Shown here piece by piece: positions 28,458 to 39,710 of a stretch of 64,000 nt of DNA (its first letter is position 1; each line of letters begins with the position of its first letter). The stretch covers positions 3,571 to 67,570 of the forward strand of contig CAZQVL010000014.1 in assembly GCA_964596715.1 (NCBI GenBank). The letters run 5' to 3'. Under the pieces are notes generated by a model. The model made no database searches. It was not told where the DNA came from and saw only the letters and a program-made list of their open reading frames with translations. The translations under genes were made by a program, and so were the position numbers. This DNA comes from an uncultured Rikenellaceae bacterium. GTDB taxonomy: Bacteria > Bacteroidota > Bacteroidia > Bacteroidales > VadinHA17.

Positions 28458-29708
28458 TTAATCTAGAAGGTGAATGACCAGGCCGCTTCGTAATTTTGGT
28501 TCAAACCAGGTTGTCTTAGGCGGCATAATATTTCCTGAATCAGCTATTGTAATAAGTTGTTTCATCGAGACAGGATAAAGTGCGAAGGCTACTTTCATTT
28601 CCCCACTATCAACCCTCTTCTTAAGTTCACCAAGCCCGCGTATCCCTCCGACAAAATCAATTCTCTTCGATCGCCTGAGGTCCTGTATATCCAGTATTGG
28701 CGTAAGTATCTGGCTGGTAAGTACTGTTACATCCAGAATCCCTATGGGATCGTTGTCATCATATGTACCTTCCCTGGCAGTAAGACTGTACCATTTGCCG
28801 GAAATATACATTGAAAAATTATGGAGCTTTGCCGGTTTATAGATACTTTCTCCCTTCTCTTTAATCTCAAATCCTGTTTTAAGTGTCGAAATAAATTCTT
28901 CCTCAGACAGGCCATTAAGATCCTTTATCGTTCTGTTATAATCAATAATTCTTAACTGATTATCCGGAAAATGAACTGCCAGAAAATAATTATATTCTTC
29001 ATTCCCTGTGTGTGCCGGATTATTCTCCCTTTTCTCCTTTCCGACTAACGCAGCTGCAGCAGTCCGGTGATGTCCGTCGGCAACATATGTATATGGTACT
29101 TTTTCAGCAAACAGATGTTCGATGAGTCTGTTTGTTCCGGTGTTTCTTATTACCCAGAAATGATGTCCAAAACCGTCTTCTGTAATAAAATCATACTCGG
29201 GTTTCTGTTTCCCGGTTATTTTATCCACTATTTCATCAATCTCTTTTACAGCAGGATACGTAAAAAATACAGGTTCAATATTCGCATTATTTACTCTGAC
29301 ATGAACCATACGATCCTGTTCCTTATCAGGACGAGTCAGTTCATGCTTTTTTATTACTCCATTAAGATAATCATCTACAGATGCACATCCGACAATTCCA
29401 TACTGCGTACGTCCGTCCATTGTTTGTGCATAGATATAAAAATAAGGTTCATCATCCTTGATGAGCCATCCTTTACTGCGCCATGCAGTGAAATTTTCAA
29501 CTGATCTCTTATATACCTCTTCAGAATGGATATCGGTATCCGGTGGCAGGTCAATTTCAGCTCTTGTAATATGAAGCAGTGAACAATCTTTTCCCTCTGC
29601 CATAATCCTGGCTTCATCTACATTCATTACATCATATGGTAAACACGATAAATCTCTGACGATAGAACGGGGAGGCCTCAGTCCCCTGAATGGTCTCACA
29701 ACTGCCAT
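28458..29708 (-). CDS. DUF1015 family protein
   Basis: 416 aa. MAVVRPFRGLRP N-terminus and YVADGHHRTAAA motif characteristic of DUF1015. Confidence 0.85.
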   Translation of the reverse strand: MAVVRPFRGLRPPRSIVRDLSCLPYDVMNVDEARIMAEGKDCSLLHITRAEIDLPPDTDIHSEEVYKRSVENFTAWRSKGWLIKDDEPYFYIYAQTMDGRTQYGIVGCASVDDYLNGVIKKHELTRPDKEQDRMVHVRVNNANIEPVFFTYPAVKEIDEIVDKITGKQKPEYDFITEDGFGHHFWVIRNTGTNRLIEHLFAEKVPYTYVADGHHRTAAAALVGKEKRENNPAHTGNEEYNYFLAVHFPDNQLRIIDYNRTIKDLNGLSEEEFISTLKTGFEIKEKGESIYKPAKLHNFSMYISGKWYSLTAREGTYDDNDPIGILDVTVLTSQILTPILDIQDLRRSKRIDFVGGIRGLGELKKRVDSGEMKVAFALYPVSMKQLITIADSGNIMPPKTTWFEPKLRSGLVIHLLD

Positions 29709-29726
29709 TACAATTTCTGTAGGTTA

Positions 29727-30647
29727 CTACTTATTGACTCTGAATGTCTCATTGCCAGTCTTGAAATAATCCACGATCTGTCGTGCAGCTGCAACACCTG
29801 CATTTATATTGGCTTCTTTAGTCTGGGCTCCCATTTTTTTTGCGGTAAAAATAAACCTGCCAGTAAATCTCTCTTCAAAAATCGCTTTATAATCGGGTTC
29901 CACATCTGAAAGATATTTAAAATCAGGTCTTTCCTCAAAGATTCTTATAAGATCATCTTCATTTATTACTTCTTTTCTGGCAGTATTAACAAGGACAGCA
30001 TCTTCAGGCATTCTTTTAAGTAGATTATATCCGATAGATTTTTTTGTTTTATCATTGGCAGGCATATGTAATGATACATACCGGCAAATAGAGTAGATTT
30101 CCTCAGGGCTTTTACAGACTTTCACACCTGCAGCTTTAATAACATCATCAGTTATATAAGGGTCATAGGCATAAATATCCATACCGAAGCCCTTTGCAAT
30201 CGAAGCTACATATTTTCCTACATTTCCAAATGCATGTAATCCTAAGGTTTTGCCTCTGAGTTCCGTTCCGGATTTACCACTGAATCCGCTCCGTGCCTGA
30301 TAAAGCATCATTTCAAATGCAAGCTCAGCCACAGCATTTGAGTTTTGTCCGGGAGTGTTCATAGCAATAACCTTATGAGCGGTACATGCGGCAAGGTCGA
30401 GATTATCATAACCTGCACCGGCTCTGACAACAATCTTCAATTTCCCGGCAGCATCAAGGACCTGGGATGTCACTTTATCGCTTCGCACTATCAGAGCATC
30501 TGCGTCGGACACTGCTACAAGTAATTCTGATACATCTTTATAGTTTTCAAGTAATGCAAGCTGGTGACCTGCTGCCTCAGTTACTTCACGTATCTGTGAA
30601 ATAGCTACCGGGGCAAATGCTTTTTCTGTTGCAACAAGTATTTTCAT
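29727..30647 (-). CDS. serA: D-3-phosphoglycerate dehydrogenase (short form, D-2-hydroxyacid dehydrogenase family)
   Basis: 306 aa. NAD-binding GLHAFGNVG and the family layout. Adjacent to serC. Confidence 0.85.
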   Translation of the reverse strand: MKILVATEKAFAPVAISQIREVTEAAGHQLALLENYKDVSELLVAVSDADALIVRSDKVTSQVLDAAGKLKIVVRAGAGYDNLDLAACTAHKVIAMNTPGQNSNAVAELAFEMMLYQARSGFSGKSGTELRGKTLGLHAFGNVGKYVASIAKGFGMDIYAYDPYITDDVIKAAGVKVCKSPEEIYSICRYVSLHMPANDKTKKSIGYNLLKRMPEDAVLVNTARKEVINEDDLIRIFEERPDFKYLSDVEPDYKAIFEERFTGRFIFTAKKMGAQTKEANINAGVAAARQIVDYFKTGNETFRVNK

Positions 30648-30742
30648 CAGTAAATAATTTTAATTATTAATGCTCTGATTGTTTTAAATAAAAAGACCAC
30701 ATTCAGTCAACATGAAGATCTGAATCTGTAAATATATTTATA

Positions 30743-31813
30743 TCAGTACTTTGATTCAAATTCCTTCATTGTATCAATAAGAGCCTGTATACTCTCTTTC
30801 GGAAGGGCATTATACGTTGAAGCACGGAATCCTCCAACTGAACGATGACCGGTTATACCAATCATACCCCTTGATTTGGCAAAGTCTGAAAATGGCACTT
30901 CAAGTTCTTTATATTCCTCTGCCATTATAAAACATATATTCATAAAGGAACGGTCTTCCGGGTCTTTAAGAGTAGGTACAAATAATTTATTTCTGTCTAT
31001 TTCATCATATAGAATGGCTGCCTTTTCAATATTCTTCTTCTGCATTACTTTTATCCCTCCCATATCCTTGAGCCACTTAAGGGTCTGCTGGGAAGAAAAA
31101 ACAGCAAAACAAGGAGGAGTATTATACATTGATTCAGCTTTGATATGAGTCCTGTAGTCAAGAAAAATAGGGATCGGTCGTGTAACCTTACCTAAAATAT
31201 CTTCCTTTATAATAACGACAGTGACTCCTGCCGGCCCAAGGTTTTTCTGTGCACCTCCATAAATTATTGAATACTTTGAAACATCAACCGGACGGCTGAA
31301 AATATCGGATGACATATCCGCTACCAGTGGGATTTTTACATCGGGATCTTTCTTCATCTGAGTCCCGTATATAGTATTATTTGTAGTTATATGCAAATAA
31401 TCAGCATCATCCGGAACTGTATAGTCCTTTGGAATATAATTGAAATTCTTATCTTTAGATGAGGCTACCTCAACTGCATCACCATAAATAGCTGCCTCCT
31501 TAAATGCTTTACCTGCCCAGGAACCTGTTATAAGATATGCTGACTTCCTGTTCATAAGGTTCATCGGAACCATAGCAAACTGCAGACTTGCGCCACCACC
31601 CAGAAAAATAACCTGGTAACCCTCAGGTACATCTAATAATTCCTTTACAAGGGCTATTGAGTCAATCATGCAGGCAATAAATTCCTTACTGCGGTGTGAA
31701 ATCTCAAGAATTGACAATCCTGTTCCTGCAAAATTTTTAACTCCTTCAATCGTCTTATCAATAGTATATTGAGATAAAATTGAAGGACCTGCATAAAAGT
31801 TATGTTTTTTCAT
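30743..31813 (-). CDS. serC: 3-phosphoserine aminotransferase
   Basis: 356 aa. NFYAGPS N-terminus, [11 protein letters not shown] (PLP lysine region) and HRS..GG.RAS.YNA C-terminus. Confidence 0.9.
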   Translation of the reverse strand: MKKHNFYAGPSILSQYTIDKTIEGVKNFAGTGLSILEISHRSKEFIACMIDSIALVKELLDVPEGYQVIFLGGGASLQFAMVPMNLMNRKSAYLITGSWAGKAFKEAAIYGDAVEVASSKDKNFNYIPKDYTVPDDADYLHITTNNTIYGTQMKKDPDVKIPLVADMSSDIFSRPVDVSKYSIIYGGAQKNLGPAGVTVVIIKEDILGKVTRPIPIFLDYRTHIKAESMYNTPPCFAVFSSQQTLKWLKDMGGIKVMQKKNIEKAAILYDEIDRNKLFVPTLKDPEDRSFMNICFIMAEEYKELEVPFSDFAKSRGMIGITGHRSVGGFRASTYNALPKESIQALIDTMKEFESKY

Positions 31814-31918
31814 GATAAGAATCTTGTAATTAATAATTGATGAATCTTAAAGGCTTCTTCTACAAAAATAATAAATATGAGACGCTATTGTTAAATAATT
31901 AACACTAAGTCGATGAAT

Positions 31919-32644
31919 TTATAAAATATTATCAACAAGAACTCCATTTTGTATTACGGGTATGGTACTTGTAAAATCTGCAGTAAGACAGAATTCAATA
32001 CAGTCATCCAGTCCCTTATCCCTCAGGCGACTTCGTTGGGCGACCTTTTCAATATACCCGCGAAGGTCAGCTTTTGCGAGGAACCAGAGATCCATTGCGG
32101 CCAGAGTTGAATCGCAAATAGTTGAAAAATGATTAGTTGCCATTAGTTTCTCTGCAATGGCACCAGCACATATTGTGTCTTCGATATTAAACCTGTTCTT
32201 CCATCCTGCACAGAACAACATTACTTTTCTGTTCTGATCAGCAAGCCATTTTGTAATAGCTCCGATATTTAAAAACGAACCTATTACTGTCATAAATGCC
32301 GATGATGAAAGATTGATTATTGCGGTACCGTTGGTAGTGCTGTAGGCAATTATTTTACCTTCAACTTTTTCGCGGGTAAAGTTAAACGGGGAATTTCCGA
32401 AATCGGCAAAATCCAGCACATATCCATCTCGTTCTGCTGCTACCAAATAACCTCGTTTCTTATATTCCAGTGCCTCATTTACATCACCAACAGGTATGAT
32501 TTTAACTGCTCCATTCGCAAAAGCAGTGCATATTGCTGATGTAGCCCTTAAAATGTCGATAATAACTACTATTGATTCACGATTTTCATCGGGCCGGTAC
32601 AAGGCGGGAGAAAAGCATGTTTCCAGGATTCTCTTTTCCATCAT
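31919..32644 (-). CDS. 2-phosphosulfolactate phosphatase (ComB) family protein
   Basis: 241 aa. VVIIDILRATSAI...TTNGT pattern typical of the ComB family. Its function outside coenzyme-M producers is unknown. Confidence 0.75.
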   Translation of the reverse strand: MMEKRILETCFSPALYRPDENRESIVVIIDILRATSAICTAFANGAVKIIPVGDVNEALEYKKRGYLVAAERDGYVLDFADFGNSPFNFTREKVEGKIIAYSTTNGTAIINLSSSAFMTVIGSFLNIGAITKWLADQNRKVMLFCAGWKNRFNIEDTICAGAIAEKLMATNHFSTICDSTLAAMDLWFLAKADLRGYIEKVAQRSRLRDKGLDDCIEFCLTADFTSTIPVIQNGVLVDNIL

Positions 32645-32655
32645 TCACTAACATT

Positions 32656-33762
32656 TCAACCATTCCTGTAAATGGGGAAGCTTACAACTCTTGCTTTAAG
32701 TTCCTTATTTCTTATGCGTATATAAATCTCAGAGCCAGGTGTCCAATAATCCTTTGTGAGATAAGCCATCCCGATTCCCTGTTTCATCATTGGCGACATA
32801 GTACCTGATGTAACCTCTCCAATGATCTCTCCTTCCGAATTAACAACCTCGTAATGCTGGCGTGGAATGCCCCTCTCCATCATCACAAAGCCTTTTAATT
32901 TTCTATTAACTCCCTCATTTTTCTGCTTCATCAGCAGTTCTTTGTCAATGAAATCCTTCGAATCAGTAAACTTTGTGATCCATCCTAATCCTGCTTCGAT
33001 CGGAGAGGTATTATCACTGATATCATTACCATATAGGCAATAGCCCATTTCAAGCCTTAATGTATCCCTCGCTCCCAGCCCGACTGGTTTAATATTATAC
33101 TCCTTTCCTGCTTCAAATACTGCATTCCACAGTTCAGGTCCATCCTCATTCGTAACACAAATCTCACAACCGCCAGCCCCTGTATATCCGGTAGTTGAAA
33201 ATATAACATCTTTAATACCTGCAAATTCCACTACTTTAAATGAATAGTTCTCCATTGTTTCAATCTGCAAATCTGTCAGCTTTTGCATAGCTTTCAGTGC
33301 CAGGGGGCCCTGGACAGCCAGTTGAGCAATATGGTCAGATGAGTTAATCAGATTCTCGCCTGGTTTCAGACCAAAAGGTTCTGCATTTTTCAGGCACCAG
33401 TTCCAATCCTTTTCAATATTTGCTGCATTAACTACCAACAGATATTTCTCTTTGTTAAATCTGTAAACCAGAAGATCGTCTACGATACCTCCCTGTCCGT
33501 TAGGAAGACAAGAATATTGAACTTTGCCATCGTAAAGTGCTGAAACATCATTTGAGGTTATAAACTGCAGAAATCGCAAAGCTTCCGGTCCCGTTACCAG
33601 AAACTCTCCCATGTGAGAAATATCGAAAACTCCTACTCCCTTCCTGACTGTTATATGTTCTTTATTAATACCTGTATATTCAACAGGCATATTATAACCT
33701 GCAAAAGGAATCATTTTTGCACCTGCGTCTATATGAAATCCGGTAAATGGTGTGTGCTTCAT
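32656..33762 (-). CDS. gcvT: glycine cleavage system aminomethyltransferase T
   Basis: [20 protein letters not shown] and [11 protein letters not shown] motifs. The ORF track starts at TTG 33768; ATG 33762 is the likelier start. Confidence 0.9.
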   Translation of the reverse strand: MKHTPFTGFHIDAGAKMIPFAGYNMPVEYTGINKEHITVRKGVGVFDISHMGEFLVTGPEALRFLQFITSNDVSALYDGKVQYSCLPNGQGGIVDDLLVYRFNKEKYLLVVNAANIEKDWNWCLKNAEPFGLKPGENLINSSDHIAQLAVQGPLALKAMQKLTDLQIETMENYSFKVVEFAGIKDVIFSTTGYTGAGGCEICVTNEDGPELWNAVFEAGKEYNIKPVGLGARDTLRLEMGYCLYGNDISDNTSPIEAGLGWITKFTDSKDFIDKELLMKQKNEGVNRKLKGFVMMERGIPRQHYEVVNSEGEIIGEVTSGTMSPMMKQGIGMAYLTKDYWTPGSEIYIRIRNKELKARVVSFPIYRNG

Positions 33763-33848
33763 CAACAATAGCCTTAATTTTAAAATACTGAGATTGATGG
33801 TTTTTGCGTAAAGATTAAAAAGTATATATTAGAAGTACCTGATGATTA

Positions 33849-35939
33849 TCAGAATTCCAGAATTTTAAATTCCACCCTCCTGTTCACTGCTCTTCCAGCT
33901 GCAGTAGAGTTATCAGCAATAGGCTCATTCGGGCCAAATCCCTTATATTCCATACGTGAATTATCAATCCCTTTTTGGACAAGATATTCCACAACGGCCC
34001 TTGCCCTGTCCTCTGATAGCTTCATATTAAGAGCCAGACTTCCGGTATTATCGGTATGCCCTGATATTTCGATCCGCATAAGCGGATTATCCTCTAATAT
34101 TTGTAACAGACGGTCCAGTTCAGCAAATGAACCCGTTGTTAGTATCGATTTACCAGTTTCGAACAGGATATTATTAAGTATTACCCTCTTCCCTACTTTC
34201 ACTTTAACCATTGTAACATCAAAGTTATAGGTATCGAGATCATAAGTTTCCGGAATATTGACACGCTTCATATCAGAAAGAAATCCCGTGCTCCTGAAAT
34301 CGATATAGTAAGATTGTTTTGAAGGTAGTTTAGCCCTGTAGGTTCCATCGATATCAGAACTGGCAGTTGTAGCAACCGTCTGGTTTGTAGCAACTTCTAT
34401 TACGTCTATTTTTGCCATTACAGGTTCCCCCGTTTCCGAATCATTTATTTTTCCGACCAGGTAAAGTCCAGGCTCTTCAGGTGGTTCAGCAACCGGAACT
34501 ATTTCCCTTAAGATTAGTACTGTATCCCTTATTATTACGGTATCAGGTTTTGCAGGAGGTAATTGTTCTATAATTGCAACGGGTTCAGGCGGAGGAGGAA
34601 GTATTCGACCCTTGTAAATATCCAAACCCCCGAATCCTCCACTCCTGTTTGATACGAAATAAAAAACGCTGTCATCAATGGGAGAAGGATAATAGAACAA
34701 CTCATCCCAGGGAGTATTAAGAGGATAACCAGCATTAACAACGTTACACCACTCTCCTGACTGGTCTTTAACACTATAGAAAATATCGAATCCGCCAATT
34801 GAATTATGTCCTTTGGAACTAAACCATAAAGTATCACCTTTCATTGAGAATCTTATGGATTCCTCATCAAATGGTGTGTTGATTGCTGATCCCGCATTCT
34901 GTGGTTTTGACCACTTGCGGTTATTGATTTTCCTTATATAATAAATATCCTTCCCCCCAAACCCTTTCTTAATACCATTGCTGACAAAGAATATTTCCGA
35001 TTCCGAAGGTGCAAATGTAAATGATGATTCTGATCCGGATGTATTAATGTTATAAGGGATGTTTTCAGGAGCTCTCCATTCGCTTTTCTTCTTTTCAGAA
35101 ACTTTTATGTCACCATTATTTTGATAACCTGTATATAGATAAAGCTGATCACCGGTACGGCTGAGATAAAGAGGGGATTCACAATATGCTGTTGTGAGAT
35201 GTTTACCTGCGGTTATTGTCGGTTGCCATACTCCTTCGTTTTGGTTTGACAGCAATATGTTCTCATCAAATTTTGAATCAGGATAGGAATTGTTGGCTTT
35301 CTTAAATAATTCACGTCTGGATGCAAAGAATACCGTTTGTTCGTCAGCAGAAAAGAGCTCTGAATATTCATCAGCATTAGAGTTAATGTTAGATCCCATA
35401 TTACTGATACTTATCCTGGCCGTATCCTTTGTTATTATTAATGCTGAATTACATTCTTCAATATATTTTTCGGCCAGTATTATTGTTTCGCCATTTTTTT
35501 TAACAGAAGATCCAATATACTCATTAAATTTTTCAACCGCTTCTGTAAACCTTCCTGAATAATGCAATGCCCTGCCCAGAAATAAGAGTATATCTTCCGC
35601 AACATCGCTTTTGAGTTCATAAGCTCTTTGCAAAAAGGAAGCCGCTTCATCCTTTCTGTCAGAGAAAAGAGCTGCCACTCCAATTTTATAATTTAACTCC
35701 GGATTTGAATTATTATATGCCATAGCTTTGCTGTACTCGTCATAGGCACTGGTATACCAGATGCCTTTCCCTGCAAAATAATCATCACCGCTGGTAACAT
35801 TTTTCCAGGCGGCTTCAAATCCGGTTTTATCATTCTGGAATTCCTTCTTCCGGATAACAACATTGATTTGTGCTCCGAGGTATGAAGGATAAAGTAACAT
35901 AACCATAACAAATGCAGACAGGTAAGTTCTCATGATCAT
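33849..35939 (-). CDS. OmpA family protein with TPR, PD40-like beta-propeller and CarboxypepD_reg-like regions
   Basis: 696 aa with a signal peptide. C-terminal OmpA peptidoglycan-binding domain (GHTDNTGS...LSEDRARAV...NRRVEF). Confidence 0.8.
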   Translation of the reverse strand: MIMRTYLSAFVMVMLLYPSYLGAQINVVIRKKEFQNDKTGFEAAWKNVTSGDDYFAGKGIWYTSAYDEYSKAMAYNNSNPELNYKIGVAALFSDRKDEAASFLQRAYELKSDVAEDILLFLGRALHYSGRFTEAVEKFNEYIGSSVKKNGETIILAEKYIEECNSALIITKDTARISISNMGSNINSNADEYSELFSADEQTVFFASRRELFKKANNSYPDSKFDENILLSNQNEGVWQPTITAGKHLTTAYCESPLYLSRTGDQLYLYTGYQNNGDIKVSEKKKSEWRAPENIPYNINTSGSESSFTFAPSESEIFFVSNGIKKGFGGKDIYYIRKINNRKWSKPQNAGSAINTPFDEESIRFSMKGDTLWFSSKGHNSIGGFDIFYSVKDQSGEWCNVVNAGYPLNTPWDELFYYPSPIDDSVFYFVSNRSGGFGGLDIYKGRILPPPPEPVAIIEQLPPAKPDTVIIRDTVLILREIVPVAEPPEEPGLYLVGKINDSETGEPVMAKIDVIEVATNQTVATTASSDIDGTYRAKLPSKQSYYIDFRSTGFLSDMKRVNIPETYDLDTYNFDVTMVKVKVGKRVILNNILFETGKSILTTGSFAELDRLLQILEDNPLMRIEISGHTDNTGSLALNMKLSEDRARAVVEYLVQKGIDNSRMEYKGFGPNEPIADNSTAAGRAVNRRVEFKILEF

Positions 35940-36044
35940 TTATTTTTATCTCCATAAAAATAGTACTTATTTGACTTTTTCAAAATAGTCATTTATTAAC
36001 ACACTTAAAAATAAGTTCGAAGATCTTAAGAAAGAAAAATTTAG

Positions 36045-36052
36045 TACTTTTG
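36045..36052 (+). promoter_or_regulatory. candidate -7 promoter box TActTTTG for the Hpt-STAS pair
   Basis: Exact TAnnTTTG 50 nt upstream of the ATG at 36103. Confidence 0.45.
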
Positions 36053-36102
36053 TTATATACTCTTTTTCTATTTAGTCACTAATTGTTGCATGTTTAACAA
36101 TT

Positions 36103-36453
36103 ATGGATTACAGGTATATTAAAACTGAATATCTCGAAATGGTATCAGGGGGAGATTCTGAGCTAATCCGTGAATTAGTCAATATGTTCAGGGATCAGGT
36201 TGTGGAAATGCATTCGGAGATGCAGTCTCTTTTATCAGCAAAAAAGTACTACGCATTGGGATTACTGGCGCATAAAGCAAAATCCTCTGTTGCGATTATG
36301 GGTTTGGATGATCTTTCTGCAATGCTCAAAACTTTTGAAATACAGGCCAAGGAAGGTAAAGATCCAGAGCAATATGAATCATATATAGCAAGGTTTGCAA
36401 ATGATACAAAGGAAGCCATAACCGAGCTTGATGATTTAGTTAATAACCGATAA
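36103..36453 (+). CDS. stand-alone Hpt (histidine phosphotransfer) domain protein
   Basis: 116 aa. LAHKAKSSVAIMGL fits the HxxKG/S phosphohistidine helix of Hpt domains. Confidence 0.7.
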   Translation: MDYRYIKTEYLEMVSGGDSELIRELVNMFRDQVVEMHSEMQSLLSAKKYYALGLLAHKAKSSVAIMGLDDLSAMLKTFEIQAKEGKDPEQYESYIARFANDTKEAITELDDLVNNR

Positions 36454-36465
36454 ATTCCTGCTGAA

Positions 36466-36801
36466 ATGATTAATATTGAAAAAAGAAACAAAATTGACAT
36501 TATATCCTTCTCCATCAATAAGATAAATGCCACAGTAATTGATGAGATAAGAGAAGGTATAAGTAAAGAATTTGACACTCCAAATTCAAAAGTGATTGTC
36601 AATCTTAAAGGGGTTGAATATATCGACAGTTCGGGTTTTGCTTCCTTCCTGTCGATGAATAAAGCAGCACGCAATAACTATGGTACCCTCAAGTTTGCCA
36701 GTCTGGAACCGCGTGTTAAGGATTTGTTTCAGGTGCTTCACCTTCACACGGTATTTGAGATTTACGACGACCTGGAAGCCTGTATCAAGTCGTTCCGTTA
36801 A
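36466..36801 (+). CDS. STAS domain protein (anti-sigma-factor antagonist family)
   Basis: 111 aa. YIDSSGFASFL contains the conserved phosphorylatable Ser context. 12 nt downstream of the Hpt gene. Confidence 0.8.
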   Translation: MINIEKRNKIDIISFSINKINATVIDEIREGISKEFDTPNSKVIVNLKGVEYIDSSGFASFLSMNKAARNNYGTLKFASLEPRVKDLFQVLHLHTVFEIYDDLEACIKSFR

Positions 36802-36813
36802 CCGGTCGGATTG

Positions 36814-39411
36814 TTATTGCTTACTGTTAATAAACTTGAGTTGATCATTCTCGGTATCTATTAATACGTGATCCTCTTTTGCAATCCTCCCAGCGATTAT
36901 TTCTTTGGACAATTCATTCACTATTTCTCTCTGGATTAACCGTTTTACAGGCCTGGCTCCTGACTGCGGATCATAGCCACGTTCTGTAAGCCAGTCGATT
37001 GCCGCGTCACTGATACTGAGGCTCATATTATTGTTTTCCAGAATATGTTCGATCTCTTTTACCTGCATCCTGACAATTTCCCTGATCTGTTCCATATCAA
37101 GAGGTCGGAACATTACAACTTCATCAATCCTGTTAAGAAATTCCGGTCTTAAAGACCTTCTCAACAACATGAATATTTCCCTGCGCAGCTCTTCCTCCTC
37201 TCTCTCAGGCATCTTATTCTCCCATTCATCCATTCTGTCCCTGATAATATCCGAACCAAGGTTGGAAGTCATAATGATTATGACATTTCTGAAATTAACA
37301 GTCCGGCCTTTATTATCGGTGAGCCTTCCGTCATCAAGGACCTGCAGCAGAAGATTAAAAATATCAGGATGTGCCTTTTCAATTTCATCCAGTAAAACAA
37401 CCGAATATGGTTTATGTCGTACAGCTTCAGTCATCTGACCACCCTCATCATAACCAACATATCCGGGAGGTGCACCAATAAGTCTGGAGACAGAATGTCT
37501 CTCCTGGTATTCCGACATATCTATCCGGGTCATTAGATTTTCATCGTTGAATAAAAACTCAGCCAGGGCTCTGGCAAGCTCTGTTTTTCCTACTCCTGTT
37601 GTTCCGATAAAAATGAATGATCCCACAGGTCTTTTCTGATCCTGAAGACCTGCCCTTGACCTGCGTACAGCATCGGCTACAGCACTGATAGCTTCATCCT
37701 GTCCAACCACTCTTTTATGAAGTTCTTCTTCAAGTCTGAGCAGTTTATCTTTCTCACTTTCAAGCATCCTCGAAACAGGTATCCCCGTCCATTTGGATAC
37801 TATTGAAGCAATATCTTCCGATCTGACTTCTTCCTGAATAAGCGAACCCTTGCTTCTTTTCTTTTCAATCTGATCCTTGAGCTCAGCTATCTCTTTTTCC
37901 ATGTTAATTATTTTCCCGTAACGAATTTCGGCTACTCTTCCGTAATCACCTTTTCTTTCAGCCTGTTCTGCTTCAAACTTCAAAGATTCTACAGCTTCTT
38001 TTCTTTCCTGGACCTTTTCAATCATCTCCTTTTCCGATTTCCATGCTGCTTTCAGTTCATCTCTTCTGTTCTGTAATTCTGCCAGTTCGCGTGATACCTT
38101 TTCTTCCTTTATCTTATCACCGTCTCTTCTGACAGCCTCCTTTTCTATTTCAAGCCGGGTAATCGCTCTTAATGTTTCATCAATCTCTTCAGGTATGGAA
38201 TTCATTTCAAGCCTCAACCGTGATGCAGCTTCATCAATAAGGTCTATGGCTTTGTCGGGCAGAAATCTGTCAGTTATATATCTTGTTGACAGATCAACTG
38301 CTGCAATTAGTGCTTCATCTCTTATAATTACTTTATGGTGTGTTTCATATTTTTCGCGTATTCCACGAAGGATAGAGATAGTATCTTCCCGGTCAGGTTC
38401 TTCAACCATTACAACCTGAAATCTTCTTTCAAGAGCCTTATCTTTTTCAAAATACTTCCGGTATTCGTTTAATGTTGTTGCACCAATAGCTCTGAGTTCA
38501 CCACGGGCCAGGGCAGGTTTAAGTATGTTTGCGGCATCCATGGCACCCTCAGATTTACCTGCTCCCACAAGTGTATGTATTTCATCTATAAACATCACTA
38601 TCCCTCCATCCGATGAGATAACCTCATTAACAACTGACTTTAGCCTCTCTTCAAACTCACCCTTATATTTTGCACCTGCAATCAGTGCTCCCATATCAAG
38701 TGAATAAATGATCTTTGATTTAAGGTCCTCAGGAACGTCTCCTCTTATAATCCTGTGTGCAATACCTTCTGCAATAGCTGTTTTACCTACACCGGGTTCC
38801 CCGATCATTACCGGATTATTCTTTGTCCTTCTTGTCAGTATCTGCAGTATCCTTCTTATTTCATCATCACGGCCTATAACAGGATCAAGTTTACCTGACC
38901 TGGCTCTCTCATTAAGATTGATTGCATATCTGTTGAGCGAATTAAAGGTTTCTTCTGAAGTCTGACTCTCAACTGATGCGCCTTTTCTCAACTCAGTTAT
39001 GGCAGCTTTCAGTTCCTTCATTGTAACTCCATGATCCTTAAGAACCTGTGATGCTTTATCGTCAGTATCAAGAATTCCCATCAGGATATGTTCTGAAGTA
39101 ACAAACTTATCCTTCATCCCTGAAGCATGTACATTAGCTTTTCTCAAAGCTTCAGAAGCTGCGGACGAAAGATAATTCTCAGCCCCTGATACTTTTGGAT
39201 ACGAATCGATTAATTTTTCAATACTATTTGAAACAGCACTCTCATTGATGCCCATTTTGCCAAAAAGCCAGCTGGTGATACTTTCTGCCTGAATTATCAC
39301 ACCATGAAGAATGTGAGCGCATTCAACAGCCTGTTGCCCTTTTGCGCTGGCAATATTAAAAGCCTGCTGAATTGACTCCTGCGCTTTTAATGTAAAGTTA
39401 TTCAAGTTCAT
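36814..39411 (-). CDS. clpB: ATP-dependent chaperone ClpB
   Basis: 865 aa. Two AAA+ modules ([18 protein letters not shown]) separated by a coiled-coil M domain. Confidence 0.97.
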   Translation of the reverse strand: MNLNNFTLKAQESIQQAFNIASAKGQQAVECAHILHGVIIQAESITSWLFGKMGINESAVSNSIEKLIDSYPKVSGAENYLSSAASEALRKANVHASGMKDKFVTSEHILMGILDTDDKASQVLKDHGVTMKELKAAITELRKGASVESQTSEETFNSLNRYAINLNERARSGKLDPVIGRDDEIRRILQILTRRTKNNPVMIGEPGVGKTAIAEGIAHRIIRGDVPEDLKSKIIYSLDMGALIAGAKYKGEFEERLKSVVNEVISSDGGIVMFIDEIHTLVGAGKSEGAMDAANILKPALARGELRAIGATTLNEYRKYFEKDKALERRFQVVMVEEPDREDTISILRGIREKYETHHKVIIRDEALIAAVDLSTRYITDRFLPDKAIDLIDEAASRLRLEMNSIPEEIDETLRAITRLEIEKEAVRRDGDKIKEEKVSRELAELQNRRDELKAAWKSEKEMIEKVQERKEAVESLKFEAEQAERKGDYGRVAEIRYGKIINMEKEIAELKDQIEKKRSKGSLIQEEVRSEDIASIVSKWTGIPVSRMLESEKDKLLRLEEELHKRVVGQDEAISAVADAVRRSRAGLQDQKRPVGSFIFIGTTGVGKTELARALAEFLFNDENLMTRIDMSEYQERHSVSRLIGAPPGYVGYDEGGQMTEAVRHKPYSVVLLDEIEKAHPDIFNLLLQVLDDGRLTDNKGRTVNFRNVIIIMTSNLGSDIIRDRMDEWENKMPEREEEELRREIFMLLRRSLRPEFLNRIDEVVMFRPLDMEQIREIVRMQVKEIEHILENNNMSLSISDAAIDWLTERGYDPQSGARPVKRLIQREIVNELSKEIIAGRIAKEDHVLIDTENDQLKFINSKQ

Positions 39412-39710
39412 AATACCTCTTTTTTCATCATCTGTTCAACAAATTTTCTGCCATTCATAAAGCTGCAACCATTTTTGTCTTTTTGACATTACCTGCATTC
39501 ACTATTATGTCAATCTGACAATAATAAGCTGAAAGTTATTGCATTTGATCTATCACCTTTTTAATTAGCAGGTAGAGTAACACTGAATTTTCAATTAAGC
39601 AGAAAATCGAAACAAATACTGACTAACTGACGTTGAAGACTATTATTAGGAAAATTTATACCAAATAACTAATTTCATGACCTCAAAACGGGAACTTAAA
39701 CAAAACAGCA

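Noticed and set aside
33763-33848. A glycine riboswitch upstream of gcvT, which is a classic location for one.
   Set aside because: Only about 80 nt of AT-rich leader is available. I could not find the conserved GGAGAG...CACCG aptamer elements on the minus strand.
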